In this document: piece after piece, positions 59,778-64,000 of the stretch
How the letters are laid out: each line of letters starts with the position of its first letter
Position numbering within the stretch: the first letter of the stretch is position 1
Assembly: GCA_903813345.2 (NCBI GenBank)
Contig: CAIIXF020000001.1
Coordinates: 5,208,001-5,272,000 of the forward strand
Length of the DNA stretch: 64,000 bases
Reading direction: 5' to 3'
Source of the DNA: Owenia fusiformis
Lineage: Eukaryota
Made by a program: the position numbers and the translations under genes
Notes under the pieces: generated by a model
What the model saw: the letters and a program-made list of their open reading frames with translations, nothing else
Databases searched by the model: none
Told to the model about the DNA's origin: nothing

Positions 59778-61814
59778 AGGGTTGATCATAAAGTTCTCAT
59801 GATGTCTTCTTTATTTTTCAATATTTTCTTATGGATTTTTCACAGAATGTGCATCATGGAATGTTTTACTAATCCAGCAAAAAATATTTAGAATAACAGA
59901 AACATTAGATAAGAAATCAATGGTGCTATTGTAACTTGAAATCAAGGCATCCGGGGCAAATAAAAAACTAGCTAGAATAGTCCCCATTAACCATGTTTAA
60001 ATACATAATAGGTTGTCAAATAACCTTTCAAACACATTAAATGGTCAAACACTATGTTCTCTTGACTGTTTTGAGCTATTTAAATGGTCATGTGATATAT
60101 GGGATCTCATAATGGATGATTGTTATGCTTCATTTGAAGTGACTGTTAGACCTTGCTAATATGACTGTTTTGTCAAATATCCAGAGGAGGAAATTGATTT
60201 TGCCCCTTGTGTACAGGGTGTAATTTTGTTGATATCTTAGCAATCTTAACTTTATCAGTATGAATTTTATTTTTATCATAGACCTCTGCATCTACCATTC
60301 TATTGCATTCTCTTATTAATCTTATTAAGTCATTTCTGATCATTAGCTTTGAGTCTCAGATGGTATCACATCTAATGAAGCATGAAAGCATTCCCTATGA
60401 CATCACACAATCCACATGATCAATATCTTTTATAGTAAATGCACTTAACAACATATTCAAGTTAACATTTTCATGTGTTTGGTAATTTATGAGCGTTTAT
60501 TATGTATTTTTACATGGTTAATATTAGAGCCATTCTCTTATTTTCTTTTATTTGTCCCGGGTGCCTTGATTTCCCGTTACTATGGCAACCATTTCTTATT
60601 TAATATTTCTGTTAAACTAAATAGTTTTTGCTGAATTGATAGGTCATTCCATGCTGCATATTCTGCATATAAATTAGGGCCCAGATTTTGAAAAATAATG
60701 CCCAGTAATGCCCAATTATTTAAAAAATGCTTCGAAGGAAAACTAAAAACTTGAGCCAAATTATGGCTTGTACTCAAAAACAATAGCTGAGGGACGTAGC
60801 CAGGATAAGTAGTGCTAGTAAAGTAGTAGGGGTCCGGGAGAATTGAGGCTTTTTGGGCTGGTTTAGCGCGTTCTGAGCGATTGAAGGGACAAACTTAGAG
60901 AGGTTTCGGTACATTAGTGTGCATTCGTTATATACCAAATATCGGACCCGTCAGCTGAAATAATGATTACCCAATTAGCATTTGAATAGATTTATACGTT
61001 TACCGTCATCGTCTATATGCCTTTTTATACGTTCATACCTTATATCTCAACTTTAACTTTTATAATAACTGTGAAATCTAAGTGAGATAATGTAAGATTT
61101 TGCACTTAAAACACACACTATCGATAAAAAAAACTCTAAATTGAGTTATGAATGTTTTCTGATCATGAAAACGGATGCGCGCAGAGTCTAGTTATAATCT
61201 ACCTGAAAGAAGACAAAGTTCTAACACATACTCCAGACCATTTTTTAGCGATAATAATGATAGTCTTGCTTATAGCGATAATTTCACTTTTATCGAAACT
61301 TCGCAAGTTAAGCTAATGATATACTTATGTATAAAAATCAATCACAAATTGTTAATGATTTTTAAGTAATTCTCCGAAGAAAATAGTAGAAAAACAATAT
61401 TGAGTTATATCACCTTTCACAATAATTTACTTTCATAAGACATTTCTTTAATTTAATCACTTTTTGATACATCTTCTATTTCACAAGACTTTTAAATTTA
61501 AATTTAAATTCTATTTCAGATGTTCTCACAGAATAAAAAAGACTTATCGAATGACTGTTACAACAGCTAACAGACCATATTTGAATCAAACGCTAAATAT
61601 TCCCAGTCAAGTTCATTTTCATATTTTTGGAAGAACTCGCATATAGTTTTACAGTATACTGTTAAACATTTTAATCTAAATATGAACCAGATTTGCAAAC
61701 GCGAGCCTGTTTATGTTTATTTATTTACTCTAACTTGTACATTTCCCATGAATTTGCCAGACAGTGTAATAAGTGATTGCACACATAAATGTTTACATTG
61801 GAGTAGTTATGTCA

Positions 61815-62065
61815 ACCAACGGCGCCATAGCGTCTGCATTCCACCTGTAAAAGTGTAGCTTGTATCCTACCTAAACCACCTGTAGGACACACTTTTCCTA
61901 ACCCTTCTTATTTTTTAATACTTTCTGCAACTTCAGATGGGGATACTTAGTGTAACGTATACAGTCTATATACAGTGTGTGCAGAGCTTAGCTCGAGCCA
62001 GAGCGTCGGCGCCAGACTGTCTGTAAGCCACCTGTATGGATTGGCTAGTACTACCACCTGTGAGA
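61815..62065. promoter_or_regulatory. Candidate distal BMP enhancer: two GGCGCC-N5-GTCTG elements and four CCACCTGT E-boxes
   Basis: GGCGCCATAGCGTCTG at 61821-61836; GGCGCCAGACTGTCTG at 62008-62023; CCACCTGT at ~61841, 61876, 62028, 62054. Confidence 0.7.
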
Positions 62066-64000
62066 GACTAATACAACTTATAACGTGGGAGTCAATGTAA
62101 ATTGGGCTAAATTCCAAAAGACAACTAGTAAGACTCCGCCCCCTATTATAATACCTAATTTAAATGTTAAAAGAAACAATATGGTTAACTGTATTAAACC
62201 GGTAACATAAATATATGATTTACCGATTGCACGTTTCCCTGTTCTATCTTTGAGTGTTGTCGACGTGGAAGTCATGAAAACAAAAATTTATTTAATGCAA
62301 ATACGACTCAGGAATCCAGTTTCTTGATTGAATATCATATCCTCGAAAAAATATGAAGTAGGCATAGCTTATTAAAAACCTAGAATTCATAATATAGCAT
62401 GTTTTTCCAGATTCATATTGAAAATTTGCGGCAAACATTGAGCTGGGAATAAATGTTTTGGTTCGTGGGTTTCGACATGTTTTCAGGATGGCTAGTTCTT
62501 TTGAATGCATCGGAATTTTGCCACACCAACCACTGGCTCCAGTAGTCTGCGTTTCACCCATTTTCCCTCCCCCTTTAATCATATGTAAATATACAATGCA
62601 TTCTTATCTTTATTAGTACCGAATCAACTGAGCAATAACTTACATATCTAACTTTTCACACGGCATTAATACAGATTGGTAATTATATTAGTGACACAGT
62701 GTAACTACATGTATAGTTGATTTTTCGCACTTAGCCTACAGTTTTTTCAAGCTATGCACAGGGTTTATCCGTAATTAACAACATATGATGCAGAACGAGG
62801 TGAATGTCATATTTGGGACGTTATTAGGTTCTGATGACAGATTCTGATTCACCTTCAGCTGTGCATCTTTTCTCAGATCACCACAGTTCCCGACTGTTTG
62901 CGCCATGTGAAGGCTAAAATTGCTCCATGGATAAGTTCTTCCGTAGAAGTCCTTCTTTGATCGCGCAAGGCTACATTCATAAGCAGTCTGGATATAGTAA
63001 TTGTTGCATATTATAAAGTGTCATTACAAAGGTTTGAATGTATAGCTCTTGTTTATACATGGGCACTTGTTTAAATTCGAGGCGACAGTGAGTCTACATC
63101 CCACCTGGCCGCTTAACATAGGCTATCAATGCGACTTACATACACTATTATAAACATAAAATACTTGAACCAAGCCACAAATCCTATTACAATCTTATAC
63201 ACGTTTAAGGCCGAGTTGATTTAAGATTAAATATCAAAGTGTATCATTTACCTGAAACATTATCCATATGTATTATACATATATGAAATTTACCAAACTG
63301 GTGTGTTACTAACTCCTGGCCCTGAACGTGAATATGACGGAATCCTATAGAGATTAGAGACGAGTAATGTTTTGACTTAATCAGTAATAAATTGAACTTT
63401 TAACAGATTTTTGTGTGTATTTTTTTACCCATTGATTTACAATAGTAATGCGCTTTTTGATTTTTAGCTAAAACTTATATACGTGTAAGTTACTCATATT
63501 CAAAGAAAAACAGATTGTCTTCATGAACAGTTATTCGACTATCGTTGATAAGTACGAGCGCAATTTGCGATCAGTATTTGTTTACAGACTTCCACAGTAA
63601 CTGTAACATGTCAATGTTTGGCAATTTTGAGTGACACAATTGTAAGGTTCAATCTAAATTCACGCATTTTTAACCACAGATTGAGAAGCTAATTGCTCTT
63701 TTAACTGGACTTGAAGTGACAAACTTTTGAAAAAAGTGTTACCTTGTACCTTCTAGCTTAAAACCTTAATTACCTCTATTGCCTCCCTTAATCCATTTAT
63801 TCGCAAAACAAAATATTAACATGATCCACTAAAGTTTGATATTCGTGAAAATGGAGAGCAAATACACTGGAACAATAAAGTACTAATCTCTAAGACGATA
63901 TCGAGTGGAGTGCATCTGAAAACTAAAACATTTTGGGTTGATTTTTCCTCGAAAATATGATGGACACCCGATATTTCAAAACATATTTTTGATTTGATGC

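Overview
AT-rich, repeat-dense animal (invertebrate, probably bilaterian) genomic DNA containing two host genes, both on the minus strand. (1) WDR18/IPI3: 11 coding exons, all GT-AG with matching phases, from 37990 to 4809, about 433 aa. It has a CCAAT/E-box/NRF1 housekeeping promoter at about 38050-38250. (2) An Id/extramacrochaetae HLH gene (55787-54828) with a TATA box, a proximal element resembling the bilaterian-conserved Id BMP-response enhancer, and distal clusters of Smad, E-box, Hairy and CSL motifs. WDR18 intron 2 carries a very young 8.07-kb Gypsy-type LTR element: near-identical 1940-bp LTRs, ATAT target-site duplication (TSD), tRNA-Leu primer-binding site (PBS) and a polypurine tract (PPT). 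It encodes an intact 1275-aa Gag-protease-unknown-tail ORF but no recognisable RT, RNase H or integrase. WDR18 intron 8 is dominated by a 3.1-kb array of 55 copies of the last about 50 nt of exon 8 plus its 5' splice donor. WDR18 intron 1 is a multi-level nest of non-autonomous DNA transposons. Several other MITEs, a CR1-like LINE relic and minisatellites are also present. All calls were made by eye; no database search was run.
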